DNA from: an uncultured Clostridia bacterium
GTDB taxonomy: Bacteria > Bacillota > Clostridia > Christensenellales > UBA1242
Length of the DNA: 64,000 nt
Reading direction: 5' to 3'
Assembly (NCBI GenBank): GCA_934747965.1
Contig: CAKVHI010000001.1
Span: 65,703 to 129,702 of the forward strand
The notes below the pieces were generated by a model. It ran no database searches. It saw only the letters and a program-made list of their open reading frames with translations, and was not told the DNA's origin. This document shows, piece after piece, positions 49,295 to 58,979 of the stretch; position 1 is the first letter of the stretch, and each line of letters opens with the position of its first letter. The position numbers were made by a program, and so were the translations under genes.

Positions 49295-49654
49295 ACTTAA
49301 AAATACAAGAAAAAAAGAAAAAAGTCAATACATACTCCATAATTTTTAAATCTGTCAAGAAATTTTCTTTATCTTATATCGCTCAAAAAGGATTAGAAAA
49401 TTTATTTTCATCGCTTATTGAACTCGAAGACAATAAATACAATATGGAGGGATTGAAGAAACTAAAAGCGATATCATTGTAAAGAAACCAATTAAAAACA
49501 TTTTTTATATAATCGTAGTTGGGACAATTTTCCTATAAACACCTTTAATGCAAAAATAAAAGAACCGGACATTATAATGCAGTTCCTCTTGGCGGAGAGT
49601 TTGTAACGTAAAACGAATTTTTCTATCTAAATAGTTACATAAAGTAAAATAATA

Positions 49655-49663
49655 TGCTATAAT
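49655..49663 (+). promoter_or_regulatory. Extended -10 promoter element for the HNH endonuclease gene
   Basis: TGCTATAAT lies 22 nt upstream of the AAAGGAG RBS and the ATG at 49685. Confidence 0.4.
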
Positions 49664-49684
49664 TATACTCAAAGGAGTTAAATT

Positions 49685-50767
49685 ATGGCAACAAAAAGAA
49701 GTGTTAAAAATCAAAAATATGAAAATTATTGGAAATTAACCTTGGAATATTCTGATATATTTGGAGAACAATTTAATAACGTTCTTCAAATTATGGTTGA
49801 TTTTATTGATACATATAAACTATATGAAAATGAATTAACAAAAGAATTATATAGTAGGTTACAAGAAAAGGTATATCATGTATATCCTAAAGCAGATATG
49901 GGTTCCACTCGAAAATCGCTTAATCAATTTGTAAAATTGGGCTTTATTGAACCTCAATTAAAAGGATATCATAAATTAACTAAACAATTTATAAAAGAAA
50001 CCAATAAAGAGAAAAAACAAGATTTATTTTCAAGAATCGTATATGAAAATTCTAAATTTAATTCCGCAATAACAGAATTTGATAATATAAGACAAGTCAA
50101 TTTTCTTATAAAAACATTAGCATATAGTGGACCGTTGAATGAAGAAGATTTATGTGCATTAATATCTTTAAAGGATATATCAAATATCGGAAAGGGTTTT
50201 TTAACTAGAGAAGAATTAGAGACACAAAAAAGATTTGTTTTAGCAACAGGTTTTGATGATAGAAAATATAATCAAAAAAGGTATCTTTATGGTATAGCTA
50301 AAAGATTAACAGGAGTGTTTTGCAGAAATAGAATTTTATCATTAGATTCAGATAATCTTCCTGACACTGAAGAATTAAAAAGTAGAGACCCTTATTTACA
50401 TTCTCTATATAAGAAAGCATTAAAAGATGAAGCAAAGACAATTTTTGGAAAAGTTGTTTGTGATTTTGAACAAATTGAACATACATCTTATGTCGCTTCC
50501 CATATTAAACCATTCCATGAAAGTTCACCCGAAGAACAATACAATGTAAATAATGGTTTTCTATTCTCAAGGGATATAGATATCTTATTTGATAAATTTG
50601 ATTTAACTTTTGATACAAACGGAATTCCTATATGGGGTAAAAGAGTATCAAAAGAACTTCAAGACAAATATAAAAATTATAAAATAGACAACCGGTTGCT
50701 TAATCCAGAACGATTAGAATTCCTTAAAATACATAATAGTAAGTTTTATGAAAAAAATAAGAGTTAA
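49685..50767 (+). CDS. HNH-family restriction endonuclease (putative type II/IIS R subunit)
   Basis: The C-terminal HNH_2-like motif SHIKPFHES...NVNNGFLFSRDIDILFDKF. It is convergent with two DNA methyltransferase genes. Confidence 0.65.
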   Translation: MATKRSVKNQKYENYWKLTLEYSDIFGEQFNNVLQIMVDFIDTYKLYENELTKELYSRLQEKVYHVYPKADMGSTRKSLNQFVKLGFIEPQLKGYHKLTKQFIKETNKEKKQDLFSRIVYENSKFNSAITEFDNIRQVNFLIKTLAYSGPLNEEDLCALISLKDISNIGKGFLTREELETQKRFVLATGFDDRKYNQKRYLYGIAKRLTGVFCRNRILSLDSDNLPDTEELKSRDPYLHSLYKKALKDEAKTIFGKVVCDFEQIEHTSYVASHIKPFHESSPEEQYNVNNGFLFSRDIDILFDKFDLTFDTNGIPIWGKRVSKELQDKYKNYKIDNRLLNPERLEFLKIHNSKFYEKNKS

Positions 50768-50773
50768 TAACTC

Positions 50774-51784
50774 TTATTTTTTTGTCTTCAATATTAGTAA
50801 TTGCTCTATTGTTGTATTTTTATTTATTTTATTAGTTACTTTATATTGGTGCTCTTTTTCAAAAATTTTTGTTTCTCCGAATACTTGAATAGCTTGTTCA
50901 ATTTCTTGTATAGATGGAGATGTTTTATTATTCAAACTTATGACTATATAATCTGTTTTCGGGACACATTCTTTGATAAGTTTTACGAAATTATCAAGAA
51001 ACTTTTCATTTTGCGATAGATTTATATAATTAATTTCTTTATTAAAAATTTTATCGTATATTCCATAAAACTCGCCATATTTGTTCATTGTTTTAGGATA
51101 AGGTGGATCCATATAAATTATATCTACATTATTTTTAAGTGTTTTAATAAAATCATACGAATCCATGTGATAACTTTTGTTATTCTTAGTATTATCAAAA
51201 ATACTTTGATTGTAATTTTCTAAATCAGCAATCATTAAACTTTCAAAAGATTTATTATGATATGCTCTTTTTCTTCCATATTTTTCATAACTATATTTTT
51301 CATCTCTTAATTTTTGTATTTGATTCCATGGAACATTCATTCTTGAATATGGAAGTTTTCTAATCATGGATCTTCTGATAAGAGCAAGAAATAATGATTT
51401 TTGATAATCCTTTAATTTTTCAGATATTATTATTAATTTTGCCAGTTCCTCGACTTCATAATCATAGTAAAGAATGTTTGTTAAGTATTTAGATATTTCA
51501 TTGTATTTTTTAGAAATTTCATTGTCTGAAATTTTTATATCAAAAACATCTTTATTTAGAGTGTCTTTCGAATTTTCTATTATTGCTTTGCTTAAGATAT
51601 AATTGCTATATAAACAATCGTTAGAAATAACTGAAAAATGTTGTTTTTTAAGTGCATAAGACACAGATGAACCACCAGAAAACAAATCAACAACAGTTCC
51701 AGTTTTAATCGGCATGTTTGAAATAATCCAATCAACTAACTTTGATTTATTTCCAATATAATTGATTTTAGGATAATTTACCAT
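50774..51784 (-). CDS. D12-class (Dam-like) N6-adenine DNA methyltransferase
   Basis: NYIGNKSKLVDWI, DLFSGGSSV and the catalytic motif MDPPYPKT. Confidence 0.8.
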   Translation of the reverse strand: MVNYPKINYIGNKSKLVDWIISNMPIKTGTVVDLFSGGSSVSYALKKQHFSVISNDCLYSNYILSKAIIENSKDTLNKDVFDIKISDNEISKKYNEISKYLTNILYYDYEVEELAKLIIISEKLKDYQKSLFLALIRRSMIRKLPYSRMNVPWNQIQKLRDEKYSYEKYGRKRAYHNKSFESLMIADLENYNQSIFDNTKNNKSYHMDSYDFIKTLKNNVDIIYMDPPYPKTMNKYGEFYGIYDKIFNKEINYINLSQNEKFLDNFVKLIKECVPKTDYIVISLNNKTSPSIQEIEQAIQVFGETKIFEKEHQYKVTNKINKNTTIEQLLILKTKK

Positions 51785-52766
51785 TTAAAGCCTCCTTTAT
51801 TTTTAGTGCTAATTCATATGCAAGATTTGGTGGTACCGCATTCCCAATTGCTTGTTGTATTTTACCATTATTCCCAACAAAAGTAAAGTTATCTGGGAAT
51901 GTTTGAATTCGTGCCAATTCTCTGTTTGTCAATGCTCTATTTTGATTGTAGTGAAAAACTTTTCTCATGTCTCCTGTTATGCATATAGAAGGTTTTTTAC
52001 TATTATATCTTATATATTTTCTCGCATCTCCAGATTTGGGCCTTATTTCTAATGGAATGTCGTTTCTATCTCCGCCGTCTTTAACGTATTGCATTTTTTC
52101 AAGCATTTGTTTTGAATGATTCATTGCTGAATGATTTGGAATTAAACTTTTCTCTCCACTTTTTAGGGGAGGTAAATCTCCGATAGCTTCTTCTATGCTA
52201 ATAAATTTATTATTTTCAATTGGAAACTCAAAATTATTTTTATCTTTTGCTCCAACTAGAACAATTCGTCTTCTTTCTTGCGGAACATTGTAAAATTTAC
52301 TATTCAAAACTTTATGCTTAATTTCATATCCCAATTTTTTAAATTCTTCTTTTATTATTTCTAATGTTTTGCCCTTATTATGCTTTTCCATAGCTGCAAC
52401 ATTTTCTAATAAAAACATTTTGGGTTGAATAATTTTTACAAAACGAACAAATTCTTTAAATAAGTTGTTCCTTGGGTCATCAATAAAAGTTCTTCCTATG
52501 TTCCCAGCAATTGAGAACCCTTGGCATGGAGGCCCTCCAATAATTATATCTACTTTAGTATCTCCAATTATTGACCTAATCTCGCTTTCATCTATTTCTT
52601 TAATGTCCTTACATAGCATTCTATGATTTTTAAAATTAAGAGAATAATTTTCAGCAAACACTTTATCATATTCTACAGCAAATAAATTTTGGAATCCAGC
52701 ATTATTAAACCCTAAACTTAACCCCCCAACACCTGCAAATAAATCAATATAATTTAATTTACCCAT
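51768..52766 (-). CDS. DNA (cytosine-5)-methyltransferase
   Basis: DLFAGVGGLSLGF (I), GGPPCQGFS (IV), LLENV (VI), QERRR (VIII) and AIGNAVPP (X). The start is taken at MGKLNYIDLF. Confidence 0.9.
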   Translation of the reverse strand: MGKLNYIDLFAGVGGLSLGFNNAGFQNLFAVEYDKVFAENYSLNFKNHRMLCKDIKEIDESEIRSIIGDTKVDIIIGGPPCQGFSIAGNIGRTFIDDPRNNLFKEFVRFVKIIQPKMFLLENVAAMEKHNKGKTLEIIKEEFKKLGYEIKHKVLNSKFYNVPQERRRIVLVGAKDKNNFEFPIENNKFISIEEAIGDLPPLKSGEKSLIPNHSAMNHSKQMLEKMQYVKDGGDRNDIPLEIRPKSGDARKYIRYNSKKPSICITGDMRKVFHYNQNRALTNRELARIQTFPDNFTFVGNNGKIQQAIGNAVPPNLAYELALKIKEALNGKLS

Positions 52767-52989
52767 TGTCTGCTCCTTTTTCTTCAAATTCCATAATTTC
52801 ACTAGGTTGGCATTTTAAATAACTACATAATTTACCAATTGTGTCGGTTGTAACACTTTTATTTGTTCCAAGATTTGCAAGTGTTGCACTGGATATTCCT
52901 GTTTCATTGATTATATCTTTTATTTTAATCTTTCGTCTTTTGATATAATCATAAAATTTATAATACACAATCAAAATATGATCCTCCAA
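52759..52989 (-). CDS. Small XRE-type HTH protein heading the methylase operon (possible controller protein)
   Basis: IKDIINETGISSATLANLGTNKSVTTDTIGKLCSYL. The gene has an 8-nt overlap with the m5C methylase start. The true start is probably a TTG/GTG a few codons inside the ORF, after the GGAGGA RBS. Confidence 0.65.
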   Translation of the reverse strand: MEDHILIVYYKFYDYIKRRKIKIKDIINETGISSATLANLGTNKSVTTDTIGKLCSYLKCQPSEIMEFEEKGADNG

Positions 52990-53131
52990 ATATAGATATT
53001 TTTATTATAGCATAAAAATTTAGAAATGTAAATGATTATGTTGATTTTTTTAGAAAACTTTAGAAATATAAAGTTTAAAACTTTGTATTTGAAGGCGTAT
53101 GTTAGTATTTCAGTCTAAATTGGCATTTAAA

Positions 53132-53189
53132 CGTGTGCTTGTCTTGATACAAGTCGGTGTCGCTTCGCTCTACCGAAGACAAGTACACG
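53132..53189. repeat. Long imperfect inverted repeat (14-bp arms, 30-nt spacer containing a second short stem)
   Basis: CGTGTGCTTGTCTT (53132-45) pairs with AAGACAAGTACACG (53176-89), with a single G/T position. The inner pair is TCGGT/ACCGA. There is no adjoining T-run. Confidence 0.8.
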
Positions 53190-53203
53190 AACACAAAAAC
53201 AAT

Positions 53204-53239
53204 TAAACAATACAAACAAAATAAACAATACAAACAAAA
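53204..53239. repeat. Perfect tandem duplication, 2 x 18 bp (TAAACAATACAAACAAAA)
   Basis: Read directly: 53204-53221 is identical to 53222-53239. Confidence 0.9.
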
Positions 53240-53295
53240 TTAACTACAAAAAGAGAAAAACGACTAAACAAAAATACATTTCTCTTGAACAAACA

Positions 53296-53595
53296 TTGTC
53301 GAGTGAAAAAGAGGTTTGCGCGCAGGCTTATCGCAAAACCTCTTTTTTTTACCACTCGGCAAATTGTATTGTAATTTGTTTTCAAATTTCAATATTGTTG
53401 CTTTATAAAATTTATATATTCCTACGAAAGCCATTTTTCAAATACATAACCAACAAATTAGAAAGCCAAATTTTAGAGTATTATTACAATGGGGTTGAAG
53501 TAAAACTTATTGCTGAATTTTTAGGAGTAAGTACTGACATTATTTACAAACGTAGAAGAAAATTCAAAGATAGATATTTAGCATATTGCATATAA
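53296..53595 (+). CDS. Small sigma-70 region-4-like HTH protein (possibly truncated; conjugative-transposon regulator-like)
   Basis: ESQILEYYYNGVEVKLIAEFLGVSTDIIYKRRRKFKDRY. The N-terminal part of the ORF looks non-genic. A hairpin terminator lies at 53606-53632. Confidence 0.4.
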   Translation: MSSEKEVCAQAYRKTSFFYHSANCIVICFQISILLLYKIYIFLRKPFFKYITNKLESQILEYYYNGVEVKLIAEFLGVSTDIIYKRRRKFKDRYLAYCI

Positions 53596-54056
53596 CCTAA
53601 CAAACAGAGTGTGTAAAAAGCACTCTTTTTTGTTTAAGAAATATTAAGTAAAGACAAGTTTAGTTTGGGTAAATGCTAAGAAAGGTTATGTTTTATATTG
53701 GTAAAGTATAGGTTTAGTTACTGGTAATTCTAAAAAATGTTTCTTAAAATGTTTTTAGTGTATCACGCGGAAACAAGTTTGAGTTAAAAAATATCAAACT
53801 CAATCAAAAATCAGGCATGTAACTATCATTAAGCTAGCAAGTGATGTCATTCCTTTATTCAAATTTCCTAGATACACTAAAAATGAATTAAAAAAGGCAA
53901 TGCAAAATGACAATAAGATTTTAGTTATAGATTAGAGTGGCGAATAAAAAAGCCCAAAGCCCGACTAGGGGTTAGTACTAGTAGATTGCATTTTATGGCA
54001 TAGAGAAATTTCTCAATCTTTTTAATTCCAAATTTACAAAAAGGAGTTAAAAATTA

Positions 54057-54611
54057 TGCAAAAACTAAAACTTGAATTTGAAAACGAACTAGATTTAACA
54101 CTGCTAGACAACGAATTTTTTGTTGCAATGTTAAATCAGATTATGTTGTTCAAAAAATGCGAGGTGCAGTATGGACTATCCCAAAACTAAAATATATTAT
54201 GATGGTAGTCATTTTATTGGAATACCACCTGAAAAACAAATATGGAAGAAATGAAAAAATACAAAATCAAAACAAAAAAAAGAAACGCAAGAAAAAGTTA
54301 AAGAGTTATACAAATCTGAAACTGGGACAAAGAAAGAAAAAACTGAAAAAGTGATTGAAAAGATAAATGAAGAAATTAAGGATGAAGAAAAAGCGAAAGA
54401 GATTGTTAAAGCAACTTTAGAAAAGGAAAAGAGAAATAAAATTATTAGACTTACGAGATTGTATAGGAAAATTGGCCTGCAACAATGGACACACTTTTGC
54501 ACTTTTACTTATGACGGAAATAAACTAACCGAAGAAGAATTTAGAAATAAACTACTTACTTGTTTAAGGCATTTATCTCATAGAAAAGGCTGGAAATATA
54601 TTGGAGTATAA
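54057..54611 (+). pseudogene. Frameshifted and 3'-truncated replication-initiator-like gene
   Basis: Three consecutive frames read MQKLKLEFENE..., MDYPKTKIYYDGSHFIGIPPEKQIWKK* and ...LQQWTHFCTFTYDGNKLTEEEF...KGWKYIGV*. HFCTFTYD resembles RCR/HUH motif 1 (FxTLTY). No downstream HUH motif is present. Confidence 0.4.
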
Positions 54612-55277
54612 AAATTAAGAGAAATAGTTTTAAAAAATCCGACAACAGACATACCGACCGATGCCATTGGAGTTTATCTTCAATTACCAAACTTTGCTAA
54701 TCAATATAGTTTTGATGTTGATAACAAAAAAATCTCTTTTTCTAAAACCATTGGTGAAATGATAAATCAAGAAAATTCAGGGTTAAATAATATGTTGTTG
54801 ATACCAGGTGTGTATAAGTATTTTGAAGAAATTGGTTATGCAACTTCTTTTAAAAGAGCAAAGTATATGTTGACTCCAGATATGTTTTCAAGAATTTATA
54901 AAGGTGCTTTGGGTGAAGCTGTTGGTGAGTTTATATTAAGAAATAGGAATATACAACTTGAAAGGATTCGAGATGTAACTCGATATGAAAAATTTGATTT
55001 TTATGTTAAAAATACATATATAGATTTTAAAAATTTCTCAGGATATATGGACTTGCAAAGGAATGTCGAGGTGGAGAAAATTAAAAATAAACTAAAAGAG
55101 TGTAATGGGAAAAATGCTGTAATAATTAATATTTTGAAGCCAAAAGATACAAATCCAGAAATGTATATAGATAATATTGATGGAAATGTTGTAATAATTC
55201 CATATTTATATGACATTGAAAAACAAGAATTCAATAACAAAGCATTAATATTATTAAAAAAATTAATTGATTTATAA
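54612..55277 (+). pseudogene. C-terminal remnant of a PD-(D/E)xK-like protein (ATG-initiated ORF 54759..55277)
   Basis: The frame is open from 54612 with no upstream ATG. GALGEAVGEF...EKFDFYVKNTYIDFKNF looks like an E...D...D-x-K nuclease core. Confidence 0.3.
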
Positions 55278-55380
55278 ACTTTATTTAAAATTAAGCAACA
55301 AAAAAGTCACGACTAACTCGTGACTTTTTTTAGACAGTTTAATTAAATATTCATCTATTTTCAATGACTGCTCAGGTTTC

Positions 55381-56865
55381 TTATATGAAAATGCTGATAT
55401 TCCTAGCAATTATCTCAGTTTTACACTTTGTTATATATTTTTTTACATATTCTCGTTTCGCCACCAAATCAAAAGATTTATATTCAACATTATAAGGATT
55501 TTCCAAATATATTTCAATATTTTGGTCATCAATAAAAATTTTCTTCACCAAGCAATACGCAAAATTGATTCCATTAAGTGTAAGTGATTTTTGAAAGAAT
55601 TTTCTAATATATGGTTTTGTATGTCTAATATTGTCCTTATTATTTTCCAAATATATAATCGCTTTTAGTTCCCTTATTCTATTTTCTAACACTTTAATTC
55701 TATCGTTGGTTGTTTCAGTGTATATTCCATTTTCAACAGCTTTAACTAAATTATTCAAAGATACCTCACATCTTTGTTTTTCGTATTCACTAGATTTTAC
55801 CAAATTTATATTTTTCTTTTGTTTATTTTTATTTAATAAAGTCATGGCGACAGTTTCAATATTTGTTTCATCTAAAATGAAAGACTTAATAAAAGAAGTT
55901 AAATAATCTTCTAAAATATTTTTTCTGTATGTTATTGCGTCGCAAGTATGATGTCTCTGTCTTTGAGAACATTTGTAATATCTATGAACTTTGTTGCCTT
56001 TTGAAGTTCCACTATCTGCAAAATATACACTGCCACAATTTTTACAAAATATCTTGCCTTTATAGTGATATGGTTCTAAATCACTTTTTCCATATCTATT
56101 CAATTCCAAAATTCTATTTGCTTTTACATATATTGCTTTGTCTATAATTGGTGGATAAACATCACAATAATATTCACCCTTGCACAAATACTTACCTGTG
56201 TAATATTCTTGCTTTAAAATATGATACACATGTTTTTCGTTAAATTTTTGATTACTTTTATACAATACTTTTTTCTTGTTTAATTTTTTGGCAATGTCTT
56301 TGCCAATAGTTCCCAAAGAATATTCTTTAAAAACAAATTTAACTATTTTCGCTTCTTCTTCATTCACTTCAAGTTTATGATTTATATTGTTATATCCATA
56401 AGGACGAACTCCGCCTTGATAATTACCTTTAAGTCTAGTTTCTCGCATACCTCGTTTAACTTTTTGAGATAATTCGGCAGAGTAGTATTGATTAAGTCCC
56501 TCAAGTAAACTCTCTAAAATAATTTCCTCAGGTGTGTCAGGGATATTTTCCATAGCTGAAATTACACTAATACCTTTATCTCTCAAACTTTTCTTGTGAA
56601 TGACCGACTCGTATTTATTTCTACTAAATCTATCAAATTTATACACCAAAACATAGTCCCATTTCTTATTGTTGCTATCCTTTAACATTTTCTTAAAGTC
56701 GGGTCGGTTGTCTGTCGTTCCAGAAATTGCTCTGTCTATGTAATTACCCACAATTTTTATGTCGTGTTTTTCAGCGTACTCATTACAAACTCTTAGTTGT
56801 CCTTCAATACTTTGTTCTGTTTGGTTGTCGCAAGAATATCTTGCATAAATTACTGCATTCTTCAT
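55381..56865 (-). CDS. Large serine recombinase (resolvase/invertase N-domain + recombinase domain + zinc ribbon)
   Basis: AVIYARYSCDNQ (catalytic Ser), DRFSRN, and the zinc ribbon CKNCGS...YYKCS; 494 aa. Confidence 0.9.
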   Translation of the reverse strand: MKNAVIYARYSCDNQTEQSIEGQLRVCNEYAEKHDIKIVGNYIDRAISGTTDNRPDFKKMLKDSNNKKWDYVLVYKFDRFSRNKYESVIHKKSLRDKGISVISAMENIPDTPEEIILESLLEGLNQYYSAELSQKVKRGMRETRLKGNYQGGVRPYGYNNINHKLEVNEEEAKIVKFVFKEYSLGTIGKDIAKKLNKKKVLYKSNQKFNEKHVYHILKQEYYTGKYLCKGEYYCDVYPPIIDKAIYVKANRILELNRYGKSDLEPYHYKGKIFCKNCGSVYFADSGTSKGNKVHRYYKCSQRQRHHTCDAITYRKNILEDYLTSFIKSFILDETNIETVAMTLLNKNKQKKNINLVKSSEYEKQRCEVSLNNLVKAVENGIYTETTNDRIKVLENRIRELKAIIYLENNKDNIRHTKPYIRKFFQKSLTLNGINFAYCLVKKIFIDDQNIEIYLENPYNVEYKSFDLVAKREYVKKYITKCKTEIIARNISIFI

Positions 56866-56974
56866 TTGTTATTTCTCCTCATATAATATTTAGGTGTAAA
56901 AAACCTAAAAAAATTATATTATTTTCAAACAAAACAATAAAATAATTTAAAATATTCCATTTTTATTTAATCTA

Positions 56975-56983
56975 TGATATAAT
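56975..56983 (+). promoter_or_regulatory. Extended -10 promoter element for the pAgo operon
   Basis: TGATATAAT (TATAAT at 56978-83), then the GAGGTG RBS (56990-95) and the ATG at 57000. Confidence 0.45.
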
Positions 56984-56999
56984 ATATTTGAGGTGTGGT

Positions 57000-58979
57000 A
57001 TGAATGGTACATTTTTAAATTTTTTGGAAATTTTTATTGATAAAGATGAGTTTGAAATTTCAGCTTGTGATTATGTAGATAAAAATTGGTATAATAATCT
57101 GAAGAATACATATAATAATTTGCAATTTTTAAAAGATAGTGAAAACTCATTAGTATATGTATGGGCAAAAGATTTTTCATCATCAATATATTTAGGAAAT
57201 AATAAAATAAAGAAAGTTATAGTTTCAAAATATAAAAATGCAAATCTTATAGCACGCATCATAGAATGCTGCATAAATAATTTGTTTAGACAAAACAATT
57301 ATCACACATACCTAGAAAAATATTCTTCATCCAATATTGTAGTTAATAATAAACAACTTTTCTTAGGAAATAAAGACTTGCTTGTAAATAGGTCAATTAG
57401 TTTTAACATATCGTTTGTGAATATAAATCAAGAAATAAAATTTTACATAGTTTTAGACACAAGACTAAATAAAAAATTTTTAATTGGAGCAAACGAAGCA
57501 ATCAAGAAAGGAATTAATATAGAACAACGATGGATAAAAGATGATAAAATCATAGCAAATGAACATTCTATTTTAAGATATTTACAAAACAAGGGTTTGG
57601 AAAAAGAATTCACTAGCCTTATTAAAGAACAAACATCTGAGAATATGTCTTACAAAGTTATTAAAAAAACTTTAAATTTTATAAAAGATAATTTACAAAA
57701 CAAGAAATTGAATTCTTTTTCAATTTCGTTCAGTAATTTAACAAATTTGCCATATAGTTCATCATTTTTTAATATAGAGCAATTGCAATCACCCAAACGA
57801 TATTTTTTTGAAGATAAGCCACAAATGGACAATCGATTTTATCAAAATAATCTTAAAGATTTAAAGCCAACTTCTTATGGCTCTTTAAATCAAAAAATTA
57901 AAATAGCAGTTATTGTTCCGGCATCATATTTAGGAATTACCGAAGAATTTTTACTAAAATTGAAGAATAATATCAAGTTATTAATGCATATTCCAGATAT
58001 TGACTATGAGATATTAAAATGTTTTTCTAATAGTTATGATGATTATAAAAAAGCACTAGATGACAATATCAACTCATTGAACAATGTACAAATGGCGATT
58101 ATAATTGTGTCAGAAGAAATGAAATCTTTAAAAGTTCAAGAATCTCCTTACTTCTATTGTAAAGCTAAATTTTTAGGAAGAGGAATTTCAACTCAAGAAA
58201 TAAGAGTGGAAAGTATCAAAAGATTAAATGATTTTATTTTGAATAATATAACTCTTAATATTTATGCAAAAATAGGAGGAACACCTTGGACTATTGAGTC
58301 AATAGGTGGAATAAAAGATGAATATATTTTTGGAATTTCCTCATCATCAGATTTCGATAAAACTAAAATAATAGGATTTGCTAATGTATTTAACTATTCT
58401 GGGGCATATTGTACTGGTGATTGTACATCATTATGCAATGTTTCAGAATACAAATCGAATTTCAAGTGCATCATAAAAAAACAGATGGATCAAATAATTA
58501 AATCTGAATCAAAACAAGTAAGATTAATATTTCATTTGTTTAAGTCGCCTTCAAATGATATAGAAATTGCTGCATTACAAGAAATTATTAACGAGTATAA
58601 AGATATTGATATTGACTATTGTTTTATCAAAGCAAGTTTTATACATAATTATCGTTTATTTGAAAACGAGGGTTTGGACAATGTTAAATCTGGCAAATGC
58701 ATATTTATTAGTAATAATCAAGCACTCGTTTCATTTACAAAAAATATACCGGCTTATATTGTTGTGGATAAGCGCTCGACATTTAATGATTTGTATTATA
58801 TATGTAAACAAATATATTATTTTTCTCACCTATCCGTGAGAGGATTTAAACCATCATATAAATCTGTAACACTATTATACCCGCAATTAATGATGAGATT
58901 ATTAGTGAAATTAAAAGAAATTCCTGGCTGGGATTACGACTCTTTAAAATCAATCGAGGATAAATTATGGTTTGTATAA
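57000..58979 (+). CDS. Prokaryotic Argonaute (MID + PIWI with a ~300-aa N-terminal region), apparently catalytically inactive
   Basis: MID 5'-end pocket pattern Y-K-Q-K in SPYFYCKAKFLGRGISTQEIRVESIKRL; PIWI signature LNIYAKIGGTPWTI; C-terminal DKLWFV. GISSS occupies the place of the G-x-D-V catalytic strand and HLFK the place of R-D-G. Confidence 0.8.
   Translation: MNGTFLNFLEIFIDKDEFEISACDYVDKNWYNNLKNTYNNLQFLKDSENSLVYVWAKDFSSSIYLGNNKIKKVIVSKYKNANLIARIIECCINNLFRQNNYHTYLEKYSSSNIVVNNKQLFLGNKDLLVNRSISFNISFVNINQEIKFYIVLDTRLNKKFLIGANEAIKKGINIEQRWIKDDKIIANEHSILRYLQNKGLEKEFTSLIKEQTSENMSYKVIKKTLNFIKDNLQNKKLNSFSISFSNLTNLPYSSSFFNIEQLQSPKRYFFEDKPQMDNRFYQNNLKDLKPTSYGSLNQKIKIAVIVPASYLGITEEFLLKLKNNIKLLMHIPDIDYEILKCFSNSYDDYKKALDDNINSLNNVQMAIIIVSEEMKSLKVQESPYFYCKAKFLGRGISTQEIRVESIKRLNDFILNNITLNIYAKIGGTPWTIESIGGIKDEYIFGISSSSDFDKTKIIGFANVFNYSGAYCTGDCTSLCNVSEYKSNFKCIIKKQMDQIIKSESKQVRLIFHLFKSPSNDIEIAALQEIINEYKDIDIDYCFIKASFIHNYRLFENEGLDNVKSGKCIFISNNQALVSFTKNIPAYIVVDKRSTFNDLYYICKQIYYFSHLSVRGFKPSYKSVTLLYPQLMMRLLVKLKEIPGWDYDSLKSIEDKLWFV

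Noticed and set aside
49505-49714. 69-aa minus-strand ORF overlapping the start of the HNH endonuclease gene
   Set aside because: It covers the endonuclease promoter, RBS and first codons. It has odd composition and no RBS, so it is most likely spurious.
54157-54502. ORFs 54157..54354 (+) and 54209..54502 (-) as real genes
   Set aside because: The first is a low-complexity lysine-rich reading and the second is its antisense. Both overlap the frames of the degraded replication-initiator-like gene. Neither has an RBS or recognisable motifs.
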